From Dimorphilus gyrociliatus (taxonomy: Eukaryota; Animalia; Annelida), in the NCBI GenBank assembly GCA_904063045.1, contig CAJFCJ010000013.1, forward strand, positions 1,625,159-1,689,158: a stretch of DNA of 64,000 bases. Direction: 5' to 3'. Both the position numbers and the translations under genes were made by a program. Under the pieces are notes generated by a model. It was not told the origin of the DNA. It searched no databases and worked only from the letters and a program-made list of their open reading frames with translations. This document shows, in pieces, positions 41,304-55,513 of this stretch; position 1 is the first letter of the stretch, and each line of letters begins with the position of its first letter.

Positions 41304-42014
41304 TAGGTTGAATCGATCGCTTTTTATGGGAGACAGAAAGTTGATCTATTCCTTCAGATTTAATATACGTGTTCTATCATATGTGATTTGCGAGAACATA
41401 CGAGAATCCCATAAGGCTAAAAATAAAAGTGGTTATTGCTCCGACTCTATTTATTGTTCTCCTAAAAAGACGGGAAGTCGATACCTCTAAATTTGATCTC
41501 TTAAGTGTAAATCTCATTAGCCATATTAATTTTTATATTTTTAAAATTCAAAATATTAATATTATAATTTCAATGTTTATTTATAACATTTATTAAATGT
41601 CAAGGTCACTTTTTGTAGGTTGGGTTGGGCCTCAATATAAGCCTACTCATTTAATCTAATCTGATGCTATTGTTCACTAGGTAAGGCTGCTTTACACCTT
41701 ATATTCGCAATCTTAACATCTCTACAATTGAAATATCTGAAAAATTACTTTCGGTTTGAATTGTTTTTTCTTCAATCTTAAATTGTTTAGCTCTAGCTTT
41801 TACTCTGGCTTTCATAACTTGTTGTTGAAGAAGGCTGGCTGAATATGTGTCCCTTAGTCAGCAAGTCTATCAAGCGTCTCAAAACATATGCATGGCAGGC
41901 ATATCGGCTTTGGCTAATTGTTTATATACAAACTATTGATTGTTGAGTACTACTCTATAGGGACATGGCCTGAGCTATTCAATATGTATACATATATGTC
42001 TACACAACACACAT

Positions 42015-42064
<50 letters not shown>

Positions 42065-42249
42065 GGAGAGAGAGAGAGAAATGTATTAATGCACTAACCT
42101 CAATACACGCTAGACAATATTTAATTAAATCATTTTTTACAGGTCTGACATATAATAGAATAAATAAAATAATTATAAAAACTTATTAATTCATTATTCA
42201 AGTATATTTTCAGCTGAAAAAAAAAACTTGCTGTATCTAACAAGTAATC

Positions 42250-42849
42250 ATGGACAAGAGCGACGGAGTCTTGAGAAGAGAGAGACCCGTTGAAGAAGAG
42301 CATAAAAATGGCAATACTAAGAAAAGAACCTCTCAACCGACATCCAGTAAAATCAGAGGTTTTTTTAAAAGGGGAAAAACAGGTAAGCTAATTATTTATT
42401 AGAACATTCGTTAAATATTCAGTACTCCTGTCTTAAATCGCTGTTTTATCGATTTTCGATTCTTTTAACTTTGTGTGTTCAAAATAAAAAATGCTTCCAG
42501 ACAGGAGAGTTAAAGTCAAAGAGAATTGTAAGTAACAATCCATATATATTTGTATTTATATATATAATGTTATATATATAGATGCAATTTATATAAAGAG
42601 TCGATATTGAAATTTATAGATCCTCTATTATTCCTTTTTTTTAATATTATTTGTATATATTTTAATTGTACAGAAATCGATTAAAGATTTCTATATAAAT
42701 TCATTTTGCCCTTAATCTTTTGATTGATATATATTTTTTATTGTTGATCAATATTAACTATATAGAAATATTGTTACAGAATAATTTTGTCTCATTTAGA
42801 TTTTTTTCTATTACAATTATTATAGTTAATAACAATAATAATGATATCA

Positions 42850-42891
<42 letters not shown>

Positions 42892-45800
42892 AGTTTTCTT
42901 TTATTTACTACTATCAATTTGGATTTGGATTTACTTTCATTCCTTTTATTAAGAGGAAATTGATTAAGAAGAAACGTTTTTACAGTACATTATTATAATA
43001 TACTCTATATATAATTGTTCATAATTTATCTTTACGATGAATAGACAGTTATCATCGATATATATATATATATTTGGCTCTAGTCTTTCTATATAATTCT
43101 TTTTCAATTATTATTATTATTATTATTTTTAAATATGTTGTTTTAGAGATAAGGATAGGTGTTTTAGATAGATCTATATATTGTTAGTTATTTCATTACC
43201 TTTTAATTGTATATTTACTACATATATTATATATATTACATAGGAATATTTCAATTGGAGAAAGATTCTATCTTTAAAAAAATAGATATATATATATATT
43301 ATAAAAAAATAGAATAAATAAAAACCTTCCCTTAGCCAATATCATTATATCTGATTTTCTCTTTACATATATTTTGTATCATTGACATCATTATTTTCCA
43401 CCTATTTGATATTTTGATTAAATTCTCTCTTTTCACATTTGCCACCTCCTTCTCTCCCTCTCTCCTTTCTTGATCACTCACTTATCTCCCTTTCCCCACC
43501 ATCCACACCTCCCCCTCAAATCCTATCAAATTCGAAATATCTTTGTGCGTTTGTTTTCCTGTTTTTATTCCTTTTTTCGCTAATGTTCTATTGACTAGAA
43601 CTTGAAAATTAGCATAAAATCCATCTTTTTACATAATAACAGGACAAGAACGAGAAGATAATATATGTAATGATATATTTTTTTTTCTCTTTTATTTATT
43701 TATTTTAGCATGTTACCCTATGATTAGTTGATGTTATGATATTACTTTTTCTATTGTTGAAATTGTTTAAAGATGATCTATACCTCCCCAGCATGTATTA
43801 TATGCTACCTCAATTTGTTTATTTTGCATATATACTTTATATATATACTGTATATTAAGTTTTATAATTTATTTTACTGCAATATACAGTATATTTTATA
43901 TACTAATATACGTATGCAAATTAAACAACAGCAGTCTGCATCAACGAAATTATAGAGGATTCTTTTTAATGATTTTTAAATTTTATTTAAATTTATTCTA
44001 GTCTCGATGAGAGATGGAACGCCAGCGGAAACGGTGAATTTCTTAACAAAAGGTCAACAATTGAGAAAGGTTAAGCGATCGGGAAAAGTGTATTTGAGAA
44101 CGTTTCTCTTCGATACTGAACTCTTAAGAATAGGATATAGAGGTAGTTATTGTTTATTTTCACATAATATAATTTTCTAAATGAATTTTACAAGACCGTA
44201 TTTGTACAACGAATAAAATAAACTTGTATTTAAAATCTCATAAAATAGGTTCGAAGAAATTTAGCCATTGTGCTTCAGGATCGCCAAATTATATAAGTTT
44301 GTAGTTTTATTGACATCTATTGAGTATGTTTAACAATGAAATTTTTAATAGTTCGTCTACAAGATATACAAGAAGTTAGAGAGGGCTTTAATTCCGAAGT
44401 ATTTACAAAATGTCAGAAGGGTGGCCAAGGAGCGAATGGAGCTGACGTATTTATACTTTAATCTTTTCTTTTAACATTTTATTTAAGAATAATTTATAAT
44501 TTACTTATATTACATTTAGTTGTTTCTTTTGTTTAGGAATCCCAATGTTTTTCCATCGTTATTGGATCGAAATACAAGACTATTGATTTAATTGCGCCAG
44601 ACAAGCAAAAAAGAGATCAATGGGTTCAGGGTATTCGTGGCCTAATGCGAAAAATGCAACAAGCCTCTCCAGCTGAACTACATCAATTGTTAGTTTTTTA
44701 ATTGTATCTTGAGACATTGACCATATTATTTCTATTATATACCAGGTGGTTGCAAGCACTATTTATGAAAGCTGATAAGAACAATGACAAGGAATTAAGT
44801 CTAGCCGAAATATGCGAATTATTAAATGACGTAAACATTCGAATCGATAAGAGCAATGCTAAAAAGCTATTCGAGGTTATTTTCTTTTATTAACTTTACA
44901 ATTATTATTTTTTATTTTTCGGCGCTAAATACGAGTTGCATACAATAACGGCAAAGCAGCAAAAGACCCTATTTTCCATTTATATTCTCCTTCCATAAAG
45001 GAAAACAACAATCTCTTATACGCATACGTTTCACAATGTTTTTTCACTTTTAATCATTGATCGAATCTCTTCAATTTTTTATTATTTTTTCGTTTTTTTG
45101 TTTTTTAACATTAACATATATTCAGTTTTTTTTTTCTCTCTCTCTCTTTCTTTCTTTCTCTCTATTTCTATTTTCAGTCTAAATAATTCTAATGAAAGCA
45201 AATATTTTTTTCTCCCTTTTCTGACACTGTTTGTCACCAAAAAAAAAAAATGATATAAATATAAAAACAAAACAAACGAAACAACTAAAAATAGAGACTA
45301 ATGGAAGCGCAGAAGACAGTAAGTTTGCTATTTTTACTTTTCTTTCATTCTTCTTCCACCCCTTGAAATTAATATCACGGTGATTGTTATTAGTTAAAAT
45401 GTTCATTTTATTTTTTTAATTATTAATTATGGCTTTTAATTTAATTATTTGCGATAATTTCTTTATATTGTCTTTATATATAGTATATATTTTATTATAT
45501 AGACTATGTTGTATGTATATATAAATATATATTTATAGTTTATAAAAATACCTTTAAAAACTTTTATATAGTTTATAATTTATAATATTTATAAGTAATA
45601 TATATCTACTGTATAAATTAATATACAGTATATATTTGTATATAATATAAACTATATAAACTAAATAAAGGACAACTGCTGGTATTGTCTAGGAGGTTAG
45701 ATATATCAACAAAATATACCTTTAAAACTGTTGTAAATGGTAACCTCTGTTCTTTGGTTGAAGATTAGATGTGAATTTATTTTTTTATTGTATAGCGTAT

Positions 45801-48800
45801 AATAAATCAAACTAGATTTTGCACGCCTTTAAAGTATAAATAATTTCATAAATATTTGGTTTAAAAATTGTTCTAAGGGAAAGATTTTCCTTTTTCTGCT
45901 TGTATTTTTTAATTCATCAATTTATTCAATTTTTTCGTTCATTTTTCTAAAAAATTTATTTGTTTCGACAGCAATCGAATACCGATACTTCGAATAGAAC
46001 TAGAAGGGGAGAGGAAACCCTCAATCAAGAAGAGTTTTTACATTTCTATAAGCTTATTACGAATCGTGAAGAATTAAAAGCTATTTACGATAGGTTTGCC
46101 ATCTATTAGCTTCTTTTTTGTTTCTTTTTTCCCACGGGGTTATTCCCTTTTAACCATATACAATAATTATTTAACGTACTTTTAGATACAATAAGAATGG
46201 CGACGAATTTTTGGATGTCAACGAATTAACATCATTTCTGGTTAACGAACAAAAGGTATTTATTTATTTTTATGCAATTGATACATTTTTAATATTTTAC
46301 TTTTTATTTTTTGCCAATTTACCAAAATAATTTTGTGTTTTTATATTTTTCCTTCTTTTTCTTTTTTTCCCTTTTTTTCCCTTTTTTTTTTAGCTTCTTG
46401 TTCTTTATAACAAACAAACAAATAAAAATAATACAATTACAAATAATTATTTTCCATTTAATTGTAAGTTTAACAACGAACGCAAAGAAGAAGAGAATTT
46501 TATTAATATTAATAATAATATTAATATAGAAGAAGAAGGAGACATAACAAAGAAAGACTAAAGATAATTCAGAAAAAAAAAGACAAATAAATCTTTCTCT
46601 TTTTTTTTCTTTTTCTTTTGTTCTTTCTTCTTCTTCTTCTTTCTATGTGTTTGTTTTTTTTTGTCAATTTTTTCTTTATTTTTGTTCCCCTTCTGCCCTT
46701 TATGAGAAAGATAACGAAAAATAGGAATTAATATTGAAAATAATGTGTCTTCTTTCTATTTAGCGTCGTTGTTTTTTTTTTTAATGGTTGTTATCTATTA
46801 TTTTCTCGTTCTTTCGCTCAAAATAATAGCTTGCTTGTTTGCTAGTATTTGTTTTGTTTTGTTTTGTTTTGTTCTTTTTATATATGAGTTATGTCTTTTA
46901 AAGCTTATTGCTATTTCTTTTGTAAATATTTTATATTATATTATTATTCATATTATTAATATTATTGTCTATTTTAATTTTAGATGAATGTTACTATGGA
47001 ACAAGTTATTCACTATATTAGAGAATTTGAACCTTGTCCCGAATTGGGTGAAGATGGAAAATTAGGATTGGATGGTTATTAATTTAAATTAATTAAATTA
47101 TCTATATTATGTTTATTCGGCTAAACGTCTTCTTTTATTGCTTTTTTTCTTTTTCATAAAAAAAAAAGGTTTCCATTTGTTTCTGACGAAAAACGACAAT
47201 ATGCTAATTAAGAATCAGGCGCACGAACAAGAAGTCTACCATGACATGACAAGACCTTTGAGCAATTATTTTATTGCCGCAAGTCACAATACATACTTAA
47301 CAGGAGATCAATTGGCGAGTAGGAGTAGCGTTGAAATGTATATTAAGGCCCTAAGACAAGGGTGTCGATGCGTTGAACGTAAGACCTATACTACCTATTT
47401 TATTTTTCAAATCTGGTAATTAATTTGAATTCACCGTAAAATATTTTTTATACAGTGGACTGTTGGGATGGACCAAACGGTGAACCAATCGTTTATCATG
47501 GATATACCGCTACAACCAAAATTTTGTTTGAAGATATTATTAAAGCAATAAAGATGTCGGCTTTTGAAACATCCAAGTATGATATTACTTTTATTGTTAT
47601 ATTTAAAAAAAAGAAACAAAAAACGGTATTATTTTTTATATAAGTGCTATATATCCAGGTACCCGGTTATATTGTCTATTGAAAATCACTGTTCTGTTGA
47701 ACAACAGAAGAGGATGGCCTATCATATGACATCAATTCTTGAGGGTAGGGACAATTAGCTAGTCTGTTCTTTTAGCTGTATTATTTTATATAAAAACCAT
47801 AAAAACAGATATGCTGTATGCTACACCGTATCCCAGAGATATGGCACAACTTCCATCTCCCGAAAGTCTTGTCGGTAAGATACTTGTAAAGGGGAAAAAA
47901 TTGCCGGAAACCGTCGAAAAAGACGACGATGGCGAGGTAACTGACGAAGATGAAGCATCACAAATAGACGATCCGTCAGTTAAGGAGAAAATGGCCGAAA
48001 AGAAGAGTAGTAAAAAACTAAAATTGGCTAAGGAATTAAGTGATTTGGTTGTAATTTGTCAAAGTGTACACTTTAAAAGTTTCGAAGATGCCCGAGAGAA
48101 AGGTAGCTAATTTTCTTTTAAAGCTAATTGCTAGGATAAAGATAAAATAGAAATAGTGAAATTTATCTTCGTATAAAATCCATACAGGTAATTGTAAACA
48201 AATGTCGTCGTTTACGGAGGATGCCGCGCTCGAATTATGCGTTACTAAACCTAAAAAATACTTAAGACATAACAGATGTCAATTGAGCAGAATTTATCCA
48301 AGTGGACTAAGAGTTGATTCAACCAATTACAATCCAATACCTATGTGGGCTTGCGGCTGTCAAATAGGTTTATTATTATTATTATTATTAATAATAATAA
48401 TTAAAAGTTATTACTTTATATTTCTCATTACTTAGTTGCACTTAATTACCAAACCAACGATACACCTATGCAAATGAATAGCGCCAAATTCCAAGATAAT
48501 GGTATGACTGGTTACCTTTTAAAGCCATCATTTATGTTGAGAGGTTATTACTATTATTAATTTTGTTTTTTATAAAAACAAAACAACATTTTAACAAAAA
48601 TTCACCACTTTTATTTTACGTTTAAAACTTTTAGAAAGTCCTTTTATGGCTGGTGAACCTAGAGATTGTCAACCTATCAATTTGACTATAACGGTAATAT
48701 ATTAATACTATTATTATTATTATATAAATAAAATAAAATTATTTGAATTATTGCTTACTTTTCAAATAATTTCATGACTAATAGGTGATAAGCGGATCGC

Positions 48801-49361
48801 AATTGCCAAAAAAGAAAAGCGATTCTGCCGATATTATTGACCCCTATGTAAAAGTACAAGTTTACGGTCTACAAGTTGATTCCACTTCGCAAAATACGAC
48901 GATTGTCAAGAATAACGGCTTTAATCCACAATGGAATTGTAAACTTAGTTTTCATCTGAATGTACCAGAAATGGCATTAATCAGGTATTTTTCAAAAATT
49001 TGTTACACTTCTAATTCGCTTTTACAATCAACTTTGTTTTGTATTCTATATATTCTTACTTTCCAATAGATTTATCGTATTCGATGAAGATCAGTTTTCC
49101 AACAATGAAAAGGTTGGCCAGTACACTTTACCTTGTACCAGCTTGCTTCCCGGTAAGTTTTCTCTAATCTTTTTCTCTCTTTTTTCCCTAAGTATTTATT
49201 TCGTTTAAATCTTAACGAAAGTAATAATTTTCTCGTTCTAATAACCATTTCTATTCATAGGTTATCGCACTGTACCACTTACTGAGAAGGATGGCAGTAC
49301 AATTTATGGATCATCTCTATTTGTCCACGTAGACATTACATATTTGAACCGTATTGAATGA
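42250..49361 (+). CDS. PLCD: Phosphoinositide phospholipase C, delta type (PH, EF-hands, X/Y catalytic, C2)
   Basis: PH exon from 44002; X box [16 protein letters not shown]...GCRCVELDCWDG...IVYHGYT with both catalytic His; Y box [18 protein letters not shown]; C2 [12 protein letters not shown]...NGFNPQWN. Ends shortly after C2 (GYRTVPL...NRIE*), as delta isoforms do. Confidence 0.92.
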
Positions 49362-49828
49362 CGTGTTTGTTTATTTCTTTATATATTTTGCTGATAAATA
49401 TCCGGTTTTGCTTTCTAATTAGCAGCTCAGCTCTCCTAATAATTAAGAGATAAACTTTTCAATACTATCAACATTTTGTTATTTGGCTTTAAAATCTGTT
49501 TAACGTTTTGTTCAATAGCCGGTCACTGTGTTCTAATACAATAAACTAATAAATAGAAGATTATTATTCGAGAACTTGCTTTAATCATATCATATGCATA
49601 AAGAAATGATGTTATATTTAGATCCATAAAACAGATACGAAACGTGAATTTAAGTTATCGCACAAAGGACTGTTACAGTCAACATTAAGCATATTCATGG
49701 ATCGGATTCTGTTACCTAAATGTAACAAATTTTCGTCAAATCATTCTATGCGACTTATTCACACGCTAATACCAGTGAACCAACTGGGACTTTACACACA
49801 CAATATGTTCATATAATTCGAGGGAAGT

Positions 49829-52800
49829 CTACCTTCTAAACCAGAATTCATCCCGTGTTTCTTCAAATTTCAGATTAAACGTTTGAGGACCAAATGGAAT
49901 GTTCAATCTATAAAACATTGAAAGTATAATCTATACAATACTAATTATAACTTTTTTTATTTCGGGAAACTTACTTTTTACGCTTGTTAAGTGCTACGGC
50001 TGTACATAAGACTTCGAGGCCAATTTTTAAGTCTTTCCTCGTCCTACCTACTCCCTCTTTTGGGCCCTGGGCTTCCTGATATAATCGGTCTCCGTGTTCC
50101 TCATACAGTTGTGTAAGTTTCTCGATAGTCTTTGAAGTTTTTTCTACGGTCCAATGATCGTTTGACGCCATTTCCAAAAACACGCCTCTCGCTCTCTTTT
50201 CTTCAACTATAGCATTTTTGTAATCGAATTCCATTGAATAGATAGATGATTTAGCGCGAAGGCAGAGAGCAGCCTTCATTTTATGATGTCCATTTAATGG
50301 ACTTAGAACTATAAAAGCATCTTCTAGAAACGCTTTAGCAGGTTTAAATTCTCTTAGATATCTCAAAACGATTCCTATACACATGTCGATTATACCCATC
50401 AAAGGATGGTTCAATTGTCCCGGATAAATCAAATATAGCAAATAACGAGATCTATAAAAACAATGTAAGGCATTTTCACCATTTTGCGCTGCAAAACTAA
50501 AGACTCCCATAAACATATAATCCTCAATTAGCTCTCCGCAATCGGCTCCTTTGATTCTTTCCATTATAATAATAGTTTGGGTTTGTAGCAAGCACGCAGA
50601 AGTTGTGTTACTAGATAAGAAGAAAATTCTTGCTAGAATACGACTACATGCTGCAATATCTTCGTGAATTGGCCCATACATTGATTTAAAACAAAGAATT
50701 GCGTGATGAATATGACGACTGGCCGTTAATAAGTCATCTTCTCCGAGGCGTTCCATCCCTATGTGAAAAATTTTATCTGGTAGAGTTGACCGAATTCCGG
50801 TACTCTTAACTAAAGGGAAGATACCCATTAAATCTTCCACTTTGAAAGTTTCTTGCTCAGAATTGAAATCATATTGTCTAACTTTTAATTGCAGTCCGTT
50901 TGTTCTGCAAAATGCTCGAAGAAGACTAACATTCTTTAAGCCTAATTGTTCAGGAACGTTCTTATAACCATCTATACAAAACTTGTAATTATAGCTATCA
51001 TTGACTTCGTTTAATATTTTCCCCCAGAGACTATTCTTTGTCTCCTTCGCCCATTCGAAAAATCTTTGTTCTGTCATAAATGGAAAAACTTTTTTCTTCT
51101 TCCTAGAGTTTCTACTTAATAAGAGTTCATCATTGCACTCCACACTCGAAGTGTTCCTAACATATTTCGACAGGTAACAATTAAGAAAATGTGATATACC
51201 AGCTGCTTCGTGGAATACTTGAATCGATTTCATGTAACGCCTAATTAAAAAAAAATATTTAATATATTATATACGTTTAGCAATTGAAAGTTAATTTTAA
51301 AAAAAAACTTACCTAAATACTCTCTTCACAGCTCTGTTTAAAATTTCGCTAATACACACATAATACATGTAATGATCTGTCGCAAAATGATTAACAAGAA
51401 GGCCCAAATATCTAATATTTATAGCCGTATCGTGCATTTCAGCCGTAAGAGTATCACCATCGACAATTCCATGAGACTCGCCATGAAATTTGGTGGCAAA
51501 TTGGGGAATTATTTTCGTTAAAATATAATTACTCATACGAGATAAGATCACTTCGTCTCTGTGATAAGTGCTTCTTAATTCTTGCGGAATTTTTATTATA
51601 GTGTTAAAAGAGTTTGGATTAAAGCAAAAATGGAGACGGTCTTTATCAACTGAGCCAATAGATGAGAGGAGATCGATAGCCTTGTTTCTCTCCTCTAAAA
51701 ATTCATTTTCGTCGTCGATCTCTTCTATTTGATTACTTTCGTCGTCATTAAGAATTTTCTCCAAAATGTTTGTATAGTCTAGTGGATATTCGCTTTCATT
51801 TACCATTTGTTGAACGAGACTTTTAACTATTCTTTTCCGATATTTAGGTTTAATCTCTGCTTTGCATTTACTCGCAAAAGTTCTAAGTCGCGAGCATATA
51901 AATTGGGTAGATAAAGATTCTCTAAATATGCAACAATCATGATGGATTGCTCTAGGTAGGGAGGCGGCTTTCATATTTTTTGTGAAAAATACTTCGGGTA
52001 AATCAGGTTTAAAGTTAGGATCGTGTGGAAATAAATTCTCTATGCCTTCGATATACATTCTGCCATCGCCGCCTCTGTATATATTACAGTTCAGGGGTAA
52101 ACAATTCCTATGCTCGACGCCATCGCCATCGATGAAAGTCTGAAGTTTAAATTTCAATTCTTTTGACATTAAGTCCAGATCTCTCCATAAATCGTCTCTC
52201 TCGGTTGCTTTAATTATTGACCCATTGAGAAGAGAACCGTGTTCAAGATGGGCTGGTTTAAATGTTTTTTCGCGCATACCAGGCAGTAGTGTCTTAGCGA
52301 AAACTCGTCTCCCCTTATAGTCAATAATAACCATACCCCTGCATCGAATAAGCTTCAGAGGAAGAACCCCTAACTCTCGAGCAACCAAAATTGATACATT
52401 AGCTTTCGCGTATTCGATTTCATCGTTTAAAATTTCCAATGAGAAGCCATCGTAAATAAAAAAGTTCCTATTGTTTCCCCACTGATCTCGATTATTCTGA
52501 ACTCCTTCATTTAGCAATTTTACAACAGCATTCTGCGCCTGAGTACTAAATTCAGTGTGAGCAGCATATATGTCATGTTCACGTTTAATTTCGTCTCGTA
52601 AATCAGCTCTAGGCCTGTCATAAGCCAGCTGAATTCTTTCGTTCAACGTCATCTTCCGAGCATTTAAACTATACAAATCGTTAAGATTCAAAAGGGGTTT
52701 ATCACAGTCTAAAACTCTATCCACCTTGGGTGAGAGCCAGTTAAATACAGGTGAACCATAGGGATAACGTTCCAATGGGTTCGAATCCCTGATAAAGTTC

Positions 52801-55480
52801 ATAAAATCTTCGAACTTTATCTTAAATTGGGGACTAACCTCACCCAAGAGGTAAGCTAGACTGTGATTTAAGAAAGGTTCGGATTCAGGTTTTGGGTTGA
52901 AAATTTCGGTCGTACATCTGTTAATAAAAAAACCCCTGGCGCATCCTGTGACGTGGAAATTATTATTTTCCAAAGTCTCAACATATAAGTACAAGAAATC
53001 TCCTCTTCGTTTTCTCTCCGCGGTTGGTGGATGCCACTTACTTAACATTAAATTCTTCAGACAACCAGCAAACTATTTTAATATAGAAAGAGAGTTTAAA
53101 TTGGTTTCTTTCTTGTAGATATCAACTGATCACCTACCTTTTCGAATGGAGGGCAGTGGAGGTGGAGATACGACCAGTTGAAATTTTCTATTGCATTAGG
53201 CAATAGAAACTCAGTTACTGAAGCAGTATTTTTTGTTTCTGTAAAATTTTAATATTCTATTTAATAAGAATACTATTGATAAACATGTTGCATACCTTTC
53301 ATAACATGGGAAAAAAAAGTAGGAGATTGACCGTTCATATTCCGATATTTAAGCAGATATATATGATTCTCAAAAAGTCGAACAAAATTCTGAATGTGTG
53401 CCGAAATTAAAGCTGGAGTGTAAGGCTCTGAAATAACATCAAACATCAAACTCGCCAATATTTATACTCTTCGTTACCTTCTACAACTGACAAGATGCTA
53501 CTTGGTGAGAGATTTTCTATTGTCCCAATCTCTTTAGTACTGTCGAGACGTTTTCCTTCTAAGTAGATACCAAGATTTGTTCTTGTATAAAAACCCCTTC
53601 GATCTTGCACGCTTACAATCAACAATTGAAGAAGGTCTGTCGGTGATACCTATGAAATAATTTATAAAAATTAATTTTACAGAGTTAATTTCAAATCTAT
53701 AGTATAAAATGTACCCTAATTCCAATCGGTGAATTGTCAAATATTTTTACTTGCAGCTCCATCGAATTATCCTCCGCGACTTTTTCGAGTTTCAGTTTAA
53801 TATAGAACTCTTTTGGACAAATAGCTCGTCTAGGATACCGTGGGCGATTCTTCTCCTCAGCGTCAAAATATCTGGGTCTCTTTAGAACGTTTGGGGGAAC
53901 CCACTTACTATCTGGATTTTCGTCCGCAGGATTGGCAGCAATGCATGCATTGGAATCGCCACCATCATCATCGTCATTGTCATCGTTATTGTCGTTGTTG
54001 TCGTCGGAATTAAAGTCGCTTTCATCTACATCAAAAATATTAAAATCTGTTTGGCTATATGGCTGCAACTTATTTTCAAAAGTGGTTTCCGACAATTGAC
54101 ATTCGCCGTTCCCTTTTGAATTGATATCATTATTATGAAAATTAGATTCTTGTTTTCCACAATTTGTATCTTTCGAGTTTGGGTCAGGCTCGATTTCAGG
54201 CAATAATTCATCACGTTTAGGTTTGATAGAATTAATTTTAGCAAAGTTTGGGTTTGAATCATTAAGCGCTTTCTCCACCGAAGAGGTACTAACTGTACTT
54301 TCCTCCTTGTCCACCATGCACTCAACTGCTACATTTTGATTTTCAAAAGTTTCATTTGAGTTTTCACTGTTTGAGGCAAATGTTGCTGCTTTCTGGTCAC
54401 TAACATCAATTGCAATTTCTTTGTTTTTTAACTTCTCGGGCATTTTCTTTTTTAAGGACTTTCTTTCTCTTTTTGTTAAAGCTTTTGTCTGTTTCTCCAG
54501 AAGACTCTCTCTAGAAGAATTAACAGATTTAGTTTCATTATTCTCTAAAGGTTTAATTTTGGCTGAGACACTTTCTTGCATCTTTGTCATCTTTGTTGCA
54601 ACCTTTTCCTGTTTATTCGACTCTTTATTCTTTCTATTTGTGGATTTTCTCGGCGCTATCTCCAGGGTAGTGGTTGCGGATGATGTGTTTAATAAATTAG
54701 TCGTTTGTAAACGTTCTGCTTCGTCTTGAAGTGTCTCACCTGTACAAACATCATTTTCAGCTGAGGTTTTTAACTCAGAAACTGGTGCAATTTTTTCATT
54801 TTCTGAGATGTTCGTTTCCAACAAAGGATCTCCATCTGCTTCCTTTATATATACAGCAACAAGAGAGGCTTCGTCAGTTGCCGTCACTACTGTCTCTGTT
54901 TCAGCGAAAGAAATATTGTCTGATTCGTTAAGTATAGTGTCACTAATAATGAACGCCTCAACTGGTGGACTTTTGTCATTTTCTGCAACTAAAGTTTTAG
55001 TTTCGATATCGTCAACTTCATTCAAACGTGAACTATTAGATTCAATGTGTACTAGAGCTGGGGACTCTGTGCCGCCTGTTTCTAGTTCGCTTGTTTCTGT
55101 ATCAGATTTACAACTGCTTTGCTCAGAAGAGTGACCAGCTCTTTGGATTATTCCCGTCTTTTTTTTATCTCTCTCTTTGTGGTTTAATTTTAATTGGGAA
55201 TTATTAATATTCGATCCACTACCAATAGCCTTTGTTTCATACGCCACTATTAAATTTTTAACATTTCCAAATGACTCACTGGGAATGTTTGTAACATTAG
55301 ATTCATCTTCAGCAGTAGCTTCAAAGTCACCTGAATCGCTGTTTGTTACCAAAATTGAATTCTCTTTCTCTTCGTTGTTCAAGGTGAAAATTTTGATATG
55401 CTCATATCTTTCATCCCCTTCACAATCTTCTTTTACTTCCTCTCCTTCGTTTTCTAGGCGTGCTATCATACTTTCATTAC

Positions 55481-55513
<33 letters not shown>

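Noticed and set aside
41251-41490. Plus-strand 79-aa ORF overlapping the RNF185 start
   Set aside because: Antisense to the RNF185 first exon and 5' UTR, with no recognisable motif.
43773-46987. Many 60-110 aa Ile/Tyr/Phe-rich ORFs here and elsewhere (e.g. 630-854, 12368-12852, 13536-13718, 34467-34748)
   Set aside because: They are translations of AT-rich introns and TA/AG microsatellites, often with non-ATG starts.
52778-52788. GGTTCGAATCC tRNA T-loop-like motif
   Set aside because: It lies inside the CLU coding exon, with no cloverleaf stems or D-arm.
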